Assembly: GCA_963845755.1 (NCBI GenBank)
Contig: CAWJTV010000024.1
Location: 157,352-221,351 of the forward strand
Length of the DNA stretch: 64,000 nt
Direction: 5' to 3'
From: an uncultured Planctomycetota bacterium
GTDB taxonomy: Bacteria; Planctomycetota; Planctomycetia; Isosphaerales; Isosphaeraceae
Part shown: one piece after another, positions 40,366 to 49,955 of the stretch
How the letters are laid out: every line of letters begins with the position of its first letter
Position numbering within the stretch: the stretch's first letter is position 1
The notes under the pieces: model-generated
Databases searched by the model: none
What the model was told of the DNA's origin: nothing
Seen by the model: the letters and a program-made list of their open reading frames with translations, nothing else
Program-made: the position numbers and the translations under genes

Positions 40366-40860
40366 ATGACACGCCTCCTCGGCCACACCCTTGCCCTAGC
40401 CGTGCTCGCCCTTGCCGTCGGCTGTGGGGACGAGCCCTCGGCCAAGCCGAAGCTGAAAACGCGAGAGACCCTCAACAAGACCACCCAGAATGTCCTCGAT
40501 GCCAAGGCCGAGCTCGCCAAGGGCGCCGTGCTCGCCGCCACCGATATCGAGGTCGCCGACCCCCTCACCCAGTCCGCCTCCGCCTACCGCACCAGCGTGG
40601 CCAAACTCGCCAAGATGAGGGTCCAGCACGACATGGACATCTACGCGGCGCTCAACAACGACGAGAAGCCCAAGACCTACGAAGAGTTCATGGAGCAGAT
40701 CATCAAGAAGGGCAAGGCCGACGGCATCCAGCTCCCGATGCTGCCCTATTACCAGGAATACGGCTACGACTCCGATAAGAAAGAGCTCGTTGTCCTCGAG
40801 TACCCCGAGAAAAAGAAGGCGATGCAGGACCAGAATGACCGTGAGCTGGGCCGCAAGTGA
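40366..40860 (+). CDS. Hypothetical lipoprotein
   Basis: Lipobox 'LAVGC'; strong codon bias. Confidence 0.75.
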   Translation: MTRLLGHTLALAVLALAVGCGDEPSAKPKLKTRETLNKTTQNVLDAKAELAKGAVLAATDIEVADPLTQSASAYRTSVAKLAKMRVQHDMDIYAALNNDEKPKTYEEFMEQIIKKGKADGIQLPMLPYYQEYGYDSDKKELVVLEYPEKKKAMQDQNDRELGRK

Positions 40861-42305
40861 AGGAGGTCATGGTGGCCCGACAGCATCGGGATCCGACTCT
40901 CTTCTCATCGCTCGGGCATGCGGCGCCGGTGATCCTGACGGTGTTGACCCTGGCCGTTTGTGGGGCCGCCCCGGCGCCCGATCCCTCAACGCCGGCATTC
41001 CGGCCGAACGTCCTGATCATCCTCAGCGACGACCAGCGGACGGACACCATCGCGGCCCTGGGCAACCCGCACATCCGCACGCCGAACCTCGACCGGCTCG
41101 TGCGCCGGGGTACGGCGTTCACGCGGGCCTATTGTATGGGCTCGATGCAAGGAGCGGTCTGCGTGCCGTCGCGCGCCATGCTCCTGACCGGCCGGACGCT
41201 CTTCCACGTCGAGGACGATCTCGCGGGCCAGGCCACCTGGCCCGAAGCGTTCGCCGATGCCGGCTACACGACGTTCCTCATCGGCAAGTGGCACAACTCG
41301 TCCGGATCGGCCCTCCGCGCGTTTCAGGCAGGCAAGGCGATCTTCTTCGGGGGCATGGGCGATCCGTACAATCTGCCGTTCGAGGAAATCTCGCCGCAGC
41401 ATACCCTGGTCGAACTCCCGAAGAACGAGGACCATTCGGTCAAGCGGATGGCCGACGCCGCGGTCGAGTTCCTCCGAGGACGATCGGGAGCCGCGCCGTT
41501 CCTCTGTTACGTGGCGTTCAACGCGCCCCACGACCCGCGCCTGGCCCCGCAGTCCTACCACGACTGGTACAACGCCCGTCGGCCGCCACTCCCGGAGAAC
41601 TTCCTTCCTCGGCATCCGTTCGACAACGGGGCGCTGGAGATCCGGGATGAGGAACTCGCCCCCTGGCCGAGAACCCCGGAGGTCGTCCGCCAGCACCTCG
41701 CCGACTACTACGCGGCGATCGAGCATCTCGACGCCCAGGTCGGTCGCATCCTCGACGCCCTCGAGGCGAGCGGCCAGGCCGAGAAGACCCTCATCGTCTT
41801 CACCAGTGACCACGGCCTGGCGATCGGCAGCCACGGGCTCTTCGGCAAGCAGAACCTCTACGACCACTCGATGCACTCGCCCCTCATCATGGCCGGGCCG
41901 GGCATTCCCGGAGGCCGGCGGTTCGACGCGCTCTGCTACCTGCTCGACATCTTCCCCACCCTGGGCGACCTCGCCGCCGTTCCTGGTCCCGAGGGCGGCG
42001 AGGGTCGGAGCCTCGCCCCGATCATCGCGGGCCGGCAGAGAACCAGTCGCGACTCCCTCTTCACCGCGTATGCCGACACCCAGCGTGCGGTTCGTGACCA
42101 GCGCTGGAAGCTGATCGTCTATCCGAAAGTCCACGAGGTCCAACTCTTCGACCTCCGGAACGACCCTGGCGAGATGCATGACCTGGCGGAGGATCCGAGC
42201 CGCGCCGGCGAGCGCGAGCGCCTGGTCAACCTCCTGCGCGACTGGCAAGGGGGACTGGACGATCCGCAGCCGCGGGTCGTCGTGCCCCTGAGGGAGTCTG
42301 ACTGA
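40857..42305 (+). CDS. Formylglycine-dependent sulfatase
   Basis: 'RPNVLIILSDD', 'CVPSRAMLLTG', 'GKWH', 'FTSDHG'. Confidence 0.95.
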   Translation: MKEVMVARQHRDPTLFSSLGHAAPVILTVLTLAVCGAAPAPDPSTPAFRPNVLIILSDDQRTDTIAALGNPHIRTPNLDRLVRRGTAFTRAYCMGSMQGAVCVPSRAMLLTGRTLFHVEDDLAGQATWPEAFADAGYTTFLIGKWHNSSGSALRAFQAGKAIFFGGMGDPYNLPFEEISPQHTLVELPKNEDHSVKRMADAAVEFLRGRSGAAPFLCYVAFNAPHDPRLAPQSYHDWYNARRPPLPENFLPRHPFDNGALEIRDEELAPWPRTPEVVRQHLADYYAAIEHLDAQVGRILDALEASGQAEKTLIVFTSDHGLAIGSHGLFGKQNLYDHSMHSPLIMAGPGIPGGRRFDALCYLLDIFPTLGDLAAVPGPEGGEGRSLAPIIAGRQRTSRDSLFTAYADTQRAVRDQRWKLIVYPKVHEVQLFDLRNDPGEMHDLAEDPSRAGERERLVNLLRDWQGGLDDPQPRVVVPLRESD

Positions 42306-42344
42306 AGGGGAGGAATGGGCGGCTCTTGCCTTTCCGAGGGGGCT

Positions 42345-42363
42345 TGTTAGCATAGTGTTATCA
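42345..42363. promoter_or_regulatory. Putative FitA-type operator (TGTTAGCA-TAG-TGTTATCA)
   Basis: Imperfect palindrome 25 nt upstream of the antitoxin; half-sites resemble the TGCTATCA FitAB half-site. Confidence 0.4.
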
Positions 42364-42387
42364 AGCAGCTCTTGACCGGAGACGAAC

Positions 42388-42621
42388 ATGGCAACCGCGC
42401 TCGTGCGCGATCTGGACGATGAGGTATACGAGCGGCTCAAGGCCCGAGCGGCAGGCAACAACCGCTCGTTGGAGGCCGAACTCCGAGAGATCCTGGTGCT
42501 GGCCTCGAAGCAGGTCGATATGGCCAAGGCCCGAGCGGCGGCCGAGGCCATGCGGCGGCGGCTGGAGGGCCGCCCGCACAGCGACAGCGGAGAGATGCTC
42601 GCCGAGGAACGCCTGCGGTGA
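42388..42621 (+). CDS. FitA-like ribbon-helix-helix antitoxin
   Basis: 'VRDLDDEVYERLKARAAGNNRSLEAELREIL'. Confidence 0.9.
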   Translation: MATALVRDLDDEVYERLKARAAGNNRSLEAELREILVLASKQVDMAKARAAAEAMRRRLEGRPHSDSGEMLAEERLR

Positions 42622-43106
42622 GCGGATCACATCGTTCGGTGCCCCAGGGTGTGCCGGAGGCATCGACGCCACCGACGGCCGGTCCGATCCTCGTACTCGA
42701 CGCCTGCGTGGGGGTGAAGTGGTTCGTACCGGAGCCCAACTCCATCGAGGCGGTGCGCCTGCTCGACCCTCGGTTTGAGCTGCATACGCCATCGTATTTC
42801 TTCACGGAGGCGGCCAGTGTCTTGCAACGCAAAGTTGCCGTCGACCGCCGCCTGTCGGAGGCCGAGGGCCTCGATGCCTTCCAGCAACTCCGAATGGTCC
42901 CCATGACCATCCACGCGACCGAGGGGCTACTGGAGGATGCGTTTCGGCACGGTGTCCGCTACCGGCGTCCGGTCTATGACAGCCTCTACCTGGTGCTGGC
43001 TGCAGCGCTGGGGGGGCGCGTCGTGACCGCTGACCGCCGGTTCTATAACGGGGTCTACGGCGGCCCGCTTGACCATCTGGTGCTCTGGGTAGCCGACCCG
43101 CTTTGA
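42618..43106 (+). CDS. vapC: VapC/PIN domain toxin
   Basis: 'VLDACVGVKWF..E', 'VYDSLYLVLA', 'VTADRRF'; overlaps the antitoxin stop. Confidence 0.9.
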   Translation: MSGSHRSVPQGVPEASTPPTAGPILVLDACVGVKWFVPEPNSIEAVRLLDPRFELHTPSYFFTEAASVLQRKVAVDRRLSEAEGLDAFQQLRMVPMTIHATEGLLEDAFRHGVRYRRPVYDSLYLVLAAALGGRVVTADRRFYNGVYGGPLDHLVLWVADPL

Positions 43107-43313
43107 GCCGGAAACATGCACCCAGGACCCAGACGGTCGGCGCCGTTAATGAGCGGCAGTAGCCCCGTGGTCGTCCGCAGGCCGCATGGCCGGCCCCGTG
43201 GACAAGAGGGAGACTGGCAAGATGGCGACGAAAAAACTGTAACATCGGCTGGGCTCGGCCCGACTAATTTCGGCATCGCCACGGGTTCGTCACCGGTTTC
43301 AGGAGACTCAACC

Positions 43314-43817
43314 ATGACATCGCGACGACGGAGCACACTCGTTTCGAGCTTGGTCCTCACTCTGGCTCTGGCCGCGGGAGGCCGTGCCCGGGCGCAGATC
43401 GATCTCGACGACATCCCATGTATTCCTTATCCCACATTCGGCGGGTTCGACTTGGGCTACGTCGCCGGGACTGCCGCGGGAATCTTGCCTTTCGATTCCG
43501 GTTACGGCTCATTCGGAGTGGCGGGCTACGGCGGCTTTGGAGAGATTGGCGCGTTCCCCTTGAACGGCTATGGCTGGGGCATCAACAACCAAAGCCCGCA
43601 GACGACCAGTTCGTTTCAGCCGCGCTCTGACGTCATGACCGGAGCCCCAGGCCGGAGCGTTCGGGCACGTCGGATCCCTCGCAAACCCCGACGAGCCCAG
43701 GTGGCCCCGAGAACCATCGGACACGTGACCGTACCGAAGTCGGTGCGGCAGCCCGGCGAGTCCAGTTCGGCGTCGACTTTCAAGTACGACTCACTTTTGA
43801 ATTCAAGGAACCCATGA
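43314..43817 (+). CDS. Hypothetical exported Gly/Tyr-rich protein, possibly disrupted (C-terminus may be the ORF at 43831-43956)
   Basis: GGAG RBS, signal peptide 'MTSRRRSTLVSSLVLTLALAAGGRARA'. Confidence 0.5.
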   Translation: MTSRRRSTLVSSLVLTLALAAGGRARAQIDLDDIPCIPYPTFGGFDLGYVAGTAAGILPFDSGYGSFGVAGYGGFGEIGAFPLNGYGWGINNQSPQTTSSFQPRSDVMTGAPGRSVRARRIPRKPRRAQVAPRTIGHVTVPKSVRQPGESSSASTFKYDSLLNSRNP

Positions 43818-44046
43818 TGCCAATAACAAGATGTCAATATGCGAGCGAAAATTTATGAAGTCGGTCAAGACCAAGAACGTCACCGATGGTGACGCCCTCG
43901 ACCGGTTCGTCTTCGACCTGGACCAGGCACTCGACGCGATGACCAACGTTTACTGACCCAAGATCAGGCCGGCGATCCCATCCCACCATGGAGACGCGAA
44001 CGACCTCGGCTGTACCGCCCGACGAGTTCGAGAGGGAGACTCGTGC

Positions 44047-44898
44047 ATGCGTCAACAGATCAAACTTTTGGGGTTGCTGATACCGCTGCTGGTGGTGGTC
44101 GGGCCGGATCAAGCCGCGGCCGACGACGACCGCGACGAACCGAAGCGAATGGTCCTCGTGGAGCTCTACACGTCACAAGGTTGCGACATGTGCCCGACGG
44201 CCGAGAAAGTGCTCGGCGCGCTCGCCGAGCGGGACCGCCGGATCGTGCCGATCGCCTTCCACGTGGACTACTTCAACGATCCTTGGAAGGACGTGTTCTC
44301 CGACCCGCTGTACAGCCAGAGGCAGATGACCTACAACCAGCTCTACACCAAACCCAAGAACGCCGAGTACGGACTCTACTACACGCCGATGCTCATGATC
44401 GATGGCGAACAGTCGATCAACGGACGAGACGCCGCCTCAGCCCAGGCGGCGATCCGTCGGGCCCAGACCAAGAAACCCGCCGTGCAGCTCGACGTCGCCC
44501 TCGGCCTCAAGGGCGACGGGCTTTCGGGCACCGCCACGATCAAGGTGACCAGCCGGTCGGCTCGAACCGAAAAGTCGCCGCTCTTGGTCTGCGCCGTGCT
44601 CCGCGAGGACGGCGTGGTCACCGACATTCCCTCGGGCGAAAACGCCGGCAAGTCGCTGGTCGCGCGCTTCCCGGCGCGTCAGACGAGATACGAGTTCATC
44701 GAGCTTGACGGCAAGTCGCCCGCGACCCATCGGTTCTCGTTCACGATCGAGCCGACCTGGAACCGCCGGAATCTGCGTCTGGCCGTATTCGTCCAGGACA
44801 AGCGCACCGGCTTGGTCCACCAGACGACCGACCTCCCCTGGCGATCGACCCCGACCGCCGCGCCCTCGGCGGCCAAGGCTGCGCGCGGGACGCATTGA
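44047..44898 (+). CDS. DUF1223 thioredoxin-like exported protein
   Basis: 'LVELYTSQGCDMCP.A', 'AFHVDYF...WKD.FS', 'YTP'. Confidence 0.9.
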   Translation: MRQQIKLLGLLIPLLVVVGPDQAAADDDRDEPKRMVLVELYTSQGCDMCPTAEKVLGALAERDRRIVPIAFHVDYFNDPWKDVFSDPLYSQRQMTYNQLYTKPKNAEYGLYYTPMLMIDGEQSINGRDAASAQAAIRRAQTKKPAVQLDVALGLKGDGLSGTATIKVTSRSARTEKSPLLVCAVLREDGVVTDIPSGENAGKSLVARFPARQTRYEFIELDGKSPATHRFSFTIEPTWNRRNLRLAVFVQDKRTGLVHQTTDLPWRSTPTAAPSAAKAARGTH

Positions 44899-44955
44899 GA
44901 TCCCTCGTGGGCAGGACATCCGAAGGATCCCATCCTTATCGAGAAAGGAACTTCC

Positions 44956-45537
44956 ATGCCAGCTCCGAGACGATTGCTGACGCTCGCGATGACGGTCGTG
45001 CTGCTCGCCGCACCGTTCGCATTTCCCCAGGGCAATGGGAAGCCCGCGCCCGAGGAGCAGGCGGGCCTGAAGATCGGCGCGAAGGGGCCGAAGTTCACCC
45101 TCAAAGATCAGGAGGGCAAGGAACGCTCATTGGACGAATTCCTCAGAAAGAGTAAAGTCGCCCTGGTGTTCTACCGATCGGCCGACTGGTGACCCTTCTG
45201 CCGCAGGCAACTGGTCCAGTTGCAACGCGACCTCAAGTCCATCGAAGAGGCAGGGGTCCAGGTCGTCGGCATCAGCTACGACGACACGAAGGTCCTCAAG
45301 ACGTTCTCGGACCGCATGAAGATTGCCTTCCCGTTGCTCTCCGATCCTGGGAGTCAGACGATCGAGGCCTACCACATCCGGAACGAGGCTGCTCGAGGCA
45401 AGGCGGAGGGTGTGCCCCATCCGGGTACCTTCATCCTCGATCGCGAGGGCGTGATCCGCGCCAAGCTCTTCCTCGAAGGATATCGCGACCGGCACACGTC
45501 GGAAGCACTGATCAAAGCGGCGAAGGTCATCAAGTGA
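44956..45537 (+). CDS. Exported peroxiredoxin-like (AhpC/TSA, redoxin) selenoprotein with U-x-x-C motif; in-frame UGA at 45190-45192
   Basis: ORFs 44956-45192 and 45220-45537 are in one frame: 'LVFYRSADW*PFCRRQLVQLQ...GISYD...LLSD...HPGTFILDREG'. Confidence 0.85.
45207..45223 (+). promoter_or_regulatory. Putative bacterial SECIS upper stem-loop
   Basis: GCAACTG-GTC-CAGTTGC perfect 7-bp stem; G-first loop starts 21 nt after the UGA. Confidence 0.75.
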
Positions 45538-45588
45538 CCTCTCGACCGCCTCGAACAATCAGGCTGGGGGGCCAGGGGAGGTCTAGGG

Positions 45589-46302
45589 TCACTTCACCGT
45601 GATCAGCCGCAGGTCCTTGGGGAACGTTTCGATCACCAGGTCCTTGAACCGGACTTCTTGCGGCACTCGATTCGCGTGGAGCTGGAGCCCGATCGGTCCG
45701 GCCTTGATCCGGTGCGGTTCGGGATCGCTCCAGTTGACGACCGCCACGCCGTTGACCGCGACCTGGACGCGGTTGCCCAGGGCCAGGATCTCCAGGTCGT
45801 TCCAGTCGTGCTGCTTGCCCACTTTCTTGGCCGGTGCGGGGTTGACCGGCAGCAAGGCCCGGCCGAACAGGTCGTACATGCCCCAACCCGACGGGAACAT
45901 CACCAGGTGGCCGGCATAGGTCGCCGGGTCCCCTTGCTCGGTGGCGACCCGGCCCCAGAAGGCGATGCCCGAGTGCATCTCGGACTCCACCAGCTTGACC
46001 TTCGCGGTCAGGCGGAAGTCCGTGTAATTCTTCTCGGTGAGCAGGTAGGTGCTCACCGGCACCGGGGCGGTGTTCCTGCCCACGATCTCACCATCGTCAA
46101 CCGACCAATGTTTGAAATGGCCGGCCCAGCCGTTCAGGCTCTTGCCGTCGAACAGCCGGATCGTCTCGCTCTGCCCGGTCCTGGGCGCGACGACCGGCGC
46201 CGGGGCATTCGCCTGGGCCATCGCGTGGGGAATCACACCGGCCAGTCCCAGGGCCAGTGCCGTCGTCGCCGAGAGAACACAAGGACGGATCGAGCAAAGC
46301 AT
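45589..46302 (-). CDS. DUF1080 (3-keto-disaccharide hydrolase-like) protein
   Basis: 'LFDGKSLNGW', 'WSVDDGEIVG', 'DWNDLEI', 'GPIGLQLH', 'VRFKDL'. Confidence 0.9.
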   Translation of the reverse strand: MLCSIRPCVLSATTALALGLAGVIPHAMAQANAPAPVVAPRTGQSETIRLFDGKSLNGWAGHFKHWSVDDGEIVGRNTAPVPVSTYLLTEKNYTDFRLTAKVKLVESEMHSGIAFWGRVATEQGDPATYAGHLVMFPSGWGMYDLFGRALLPVNPAPAKKVGKQHDWNDLEILALGNRVQVAVNGVAVVNWSDPEPHRIKAGPIGLQLHANRVPQEVRFKDLVIETFPKDLRLITVK

Positions 46303-46409
46303 GAGCAGAACCTCGATAGTCTGTCTGCGGGTGCAAAACGACCTCTCCGGTCCTTTATCGTCCCAGGGGTACGTCCCGCATGCAAAGGAAAAATCGGAGG
46401 CTCAGGAGG

Positions 46410-46710
46410 GAGGCGCGGTCCATTTCCCCACCCATTCGCTCCATCCTCCTTTTCGTCGCCGTGACTCCGAACCAGCCGAGGCGGCGGGTGCCGGTGGAGA
46501 ACCGTTGCTCCATGATGCCGGGTGTGTCGCCCCGCGGGCAGCGAGCGGGTTGACCGGGATGCCGTCGACCACGAGCCAGTAGTGATTCGGAGTCCCAACG
46601 AGTCGGCCTACGACTGCACGATCTGATGAGAAACAGAGACTGGTGGTATTGGCAGGGTGTCGTACTATACTGGATCGGCGTCAGAGTATCACCGGGGAGC
46701 CCAAAGGGAG
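46410..46710 (-). pseudogene. Collapsed remnant of an esterase gene plus its promoter (paralog of 19110-20420)
   Basis: 'HYWLVVDGIPVN' matches 'YYWFVVDGVPVN'; 46601-46710 is homologous to 20313-20420, with a degenerate operator. Confidence 0.7.
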
Positions 46711-46740
46711 CTGTCCGAGCACGGCGTCCGGCCTTTGTAG

Positions 46741-47921
46741 GGCTCGCAATTCAGCAGGTCGGTCAGCACCTGGAAATGGCCCTCGATCCCCCAGCGGCCC
46801 CGGTACGCGGCGCAGCAGTCGATCGCCGAGACATCCTCGGGCAGGTTGGTCACCAGGATGATCTCCGTCTCCCCCTCCCGCGTCGGCTCGTCCAATTCCA
46901 GGATGATCAGCCGCAGGCGATGCGCCGCCCCGGGCGTCTCGGGATCGTCCACGAGGATCGGCTGCTCGTGGACCTTGCCGGTCGGGCAGCGCCCCCGCGA
47001 CTGCCGCGGCCCGGCTGGTTCGTAGGGCAACGTCGTTTGGTGCCGCCGTGCCAGGAAGGACCCGCCGGCTCGCGCGATGCGGAACAAGAAGGTGCGGACG
47101 CACAAGTTGCGGTCGAGGATCCACAGCTCGCCGGCCGAGACGGGGACTTCCTTGAGCAGGTTGCGCTCCTGGGTGTGGGCGTTCTCCTCCAGGATCAGAT
47201 CGGTGATCAAGCCGCTGGCCGGCTCGTAGATCGCCAGCGACTTGCCGGGCAGACAGGCCGACCAGGTGGTCCGCGTCGGGGTCAGGCGATGGTCGGTCCC
47301 GGCCAGGACGTTGCCGTCGAGGATGCGGGCGCAGTAGCCGGGGATCGGCTCCGGCAGCAGGCCCCCGCCGCCTTCGATCAGGGCGCGGCAGCGGATCGCC
47401 GTGTGGCGGACGACCGCGGCGGTGATGGCCGGGCTCAGGCGATTGAGCTTGCCGTAGAAGGCCGAGAGCGAGGCGATCAGTTGGAGCTGGCGCCCCAGGA
47501 ACGCCGAGCGGGTGGAGGGGTTGAACCCACAGACGACGTCGAGCATGACCAACACGAGGTGCTCGAGGGTAAACTCGCGGCAGTATTCGCCCTCGGCGGA
47601 CTGCTCGAAGAGGAGGTCGAAGGGGGTGCCCTGGAGGAGCCAATCCAGGGTGATACGGGTCATCACGGTGGCCGGGGACTCCTGAATGCAGGGATTGAGG
47701 ATGGCCGGGAGGTCCGCGATGAGTGGAGGGGCAGGGTCGAGGAGATCCAGCCGGGCGGCGGGGCGCGGGGGTGGCACCACCGGCTGGGAGGTCCGTCCGC
47801 AGCGCTTCGTCGGCCCATCGAGATCAATCAGCCTGGGAGACATAGGTAGCCCTCCGTGATCGGGAACGAAAACCATCCCAGCCAAAGAGGTTATAATAAT
47901 TAACTCAGCATGTTGGAAGGG
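46741..47921 (-). mobile_element. Truncated IS4-family element (transposase 47843 to ~46741)
   Basis: 'ILDGN', 'ILDRN', 'YRGRWGIE' (YREK-type motif); homology appears to stop after 'LLNCE'; ends approximate. Confidence 0.8.
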
Positions 47922-47982
47922 GTAGGTGGGTGAAACCCACCGGTATTCACGCCGCATTCTTGGTGGGTCTCACCCACCCTAC
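47922..47982. repeat. GTAG-type REP doublet (REPIN-like)
   Basis: GTAGGTGGGTGAAACCCACC...GGTGGGTCTCACCCACCCTAC: two hairpins in inverted orientation with GTAG/CTAC feet. Confidence 0.75.
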
Positions 47983-48131
47983 AAGATTCTCGGATAGTCT
48001 CAAAGAGGGAAGATGTCTGGAGACTGCCTCGACGAAACCCGAGGACGCCAATCGTGAATCGCACCACACTTCAGTATCGGGCCCAGCCTTGGATTGGTCG
48101 ATCGACTCCACAGTCTCCGGAGGATCCCGTC

Positions 48132-49551
48132 ATGAGAACACCAATACCTCTGGTGATCATGATAACCGCGCTCCTCGCGCCAACCGTCGGCCATGCCCAG
48201 ACGCCGCCGCCGGTGGCGAAGCCCGACAATCCGAGGCTGCCGGCCCCGGGCACCCGTGGGAATGCCGACAATGTCCCGTTCATCGGCCGTCGGGATCCCG
48301 GAAACAACCCGGTTCGCCTTGCCAGGGCGACCGGGCACGTGTCGAACTATGACGAGAAGAAGGTCCCACCCTACACGTTGCCGGACCCGCTGATCATGGC
48401 GAGCGGTGAGCGCGTTGACAGCGCCGAGAAGTGGTTCAAGGGGCGCCGACCGGAGATCCTCGAGTTCTACCGGACCGAGATCTACGGCCGCATTCCGGTG
48501 AACGCGCCCAGGGTGACCTGGGAAGTGACCGAGGTCAACAGCAGGGCACGCGATGGCGCGGCGATCCGGAAGCATGTCGTCGGCCGGATGGGGGACAGGC
48601 CGGATGCTCCGCGGATGAATCTGACGATGTTTCTGCCGGCCAGGGCAAACGGACCGGTTCCGATGCTCTTGAGCATCAGCTTTGGCTTTGGGGGGGGCGG
48701 AGGTGGCCAGGTTGCGGGCAAGGCCGCTGCTCCCAAGAGAGGCAAAGTCGCAGCGAAGCCGGCACTCGCTCCTGGCGGCGGCGCCCGGGGATTCGATGCC
48801 ATCGGCGAGGTCCTGAGCCGCGGCTGGGGATACACCACTCTGAACTACACCGACATTCAGCCCGACCGTGCCGACCGCTGGACGGAGGGGGTCATTGGGC
48901 TCACGCTGAAGCCAGACCAGTCGCGTCCCGCGCCGGATGAATGGGGGACGATCAGTGCATGGGCCTGGGGCATCAGCCGGTCGATCGACTACCTCGAAAC
49001 CGACAGAGCGGTCAACCCGAAGCAGATCACGATCACGGGCGTCTCGCGGCTCGGGAAGACGGTCCTCTGGGCCGGCGCAGGACGAGCGCGTGGCGGCCGT
49101 GTTCTCGGTGGTTTCCGGCGAGATGGGCGCGGCTTTGATCCGCCGCGACTGGGGGGAGACCCTCGACGACATGGCGCAGAACTTCCCCTGGCAGTTTGCC
49201 GGCAACCTCCAGAAGTGGGCAGGCAAGTGGAACGATCTGCCCGTAGATCAGCACATGCTGATCGCCCTGTGCGCGCCACGCCCGGTTTACGTGAACGGCG
49301 GTCTGACCGATCAGTGGAGCGACCCCAAGGGAGAATTCCTGGCCATGGCGGCAGCAGGGCCGGTGTACCGACTGCTCGGACTCAAGGATCTGGGCGTCAC
49401 CGAGCTGCCGCCGCTCGACACACCGGTCACAGGGGGCGATCTGGCCTTCCATTATCACAGCGGTGGTCACATGGCGGTCCCGGCCGACTGGAAGGCGTTT
49501 CTCGACTTCGCCGATCGTCATCTCCGCGCCCCGGGGGCGAAATCGCCGTGA
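48132..49551 (+). CDS. CE15 glucuronoyl esterase-like exported hydrolase; frameshift at ~49075
   Basis: 'NYDE.KVPPYTLPDPL', 'ISAWAWGISR.IDYL', 'GVSRLGK', 'LPVDQHMLIAL.APRP', 'WSDPKGEF'. Confidence 0.9.
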
Positions 49552-49567
49552 GACCTGCCCTGTCCAC
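49471..49567 (+). repeat. 97-bp direct repeat, copy A (3' end of the CE15 gene)
   Basis: First 44 bp identical to 55054-55097; remainder similar. Confidence 0.9.
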
Positions 49568-49955
49568 TTTCATGCCGCCCGCGGCCGACCCGTGAGCGGC
49601 GGCGCGAAGTGCCGGGTTGCCAACAGCGGCACCCCGCTGGTATGGTGAGCGAGCCGACAGGCCGGCCGCGAGCGGGGGCGGTGCTGCGACGAGGAAGTCG
49701 TCCTGTCCTGGGCGTCGGTTGCAAGCCTGTGCTTTACGCGCGGACCCTGTTGAGAGTCCTCTGCGTCAACAAACGCACTTCGATACCGGAGATGTTCCTG
49801 AGAATCGAGAGGCTCGCGGGGCTTTCCGTGCCAGAGCCGACCGGAGCACCGGTATAATGACTGATTGATCCGATCCGACTCCGCCGCAGGTCTGGACCTT
49901 TCAGGTAGAACAAGACTCGCTTCCGCAGGTGGACGGCACGAGTCGGAGGATGCTC

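Noticed and set aside
49570..49930. Structured ncRNA in the GC-rich spacer before the kinase
   Set aside because: No recognisable family motif or convincing long stem found by eye.
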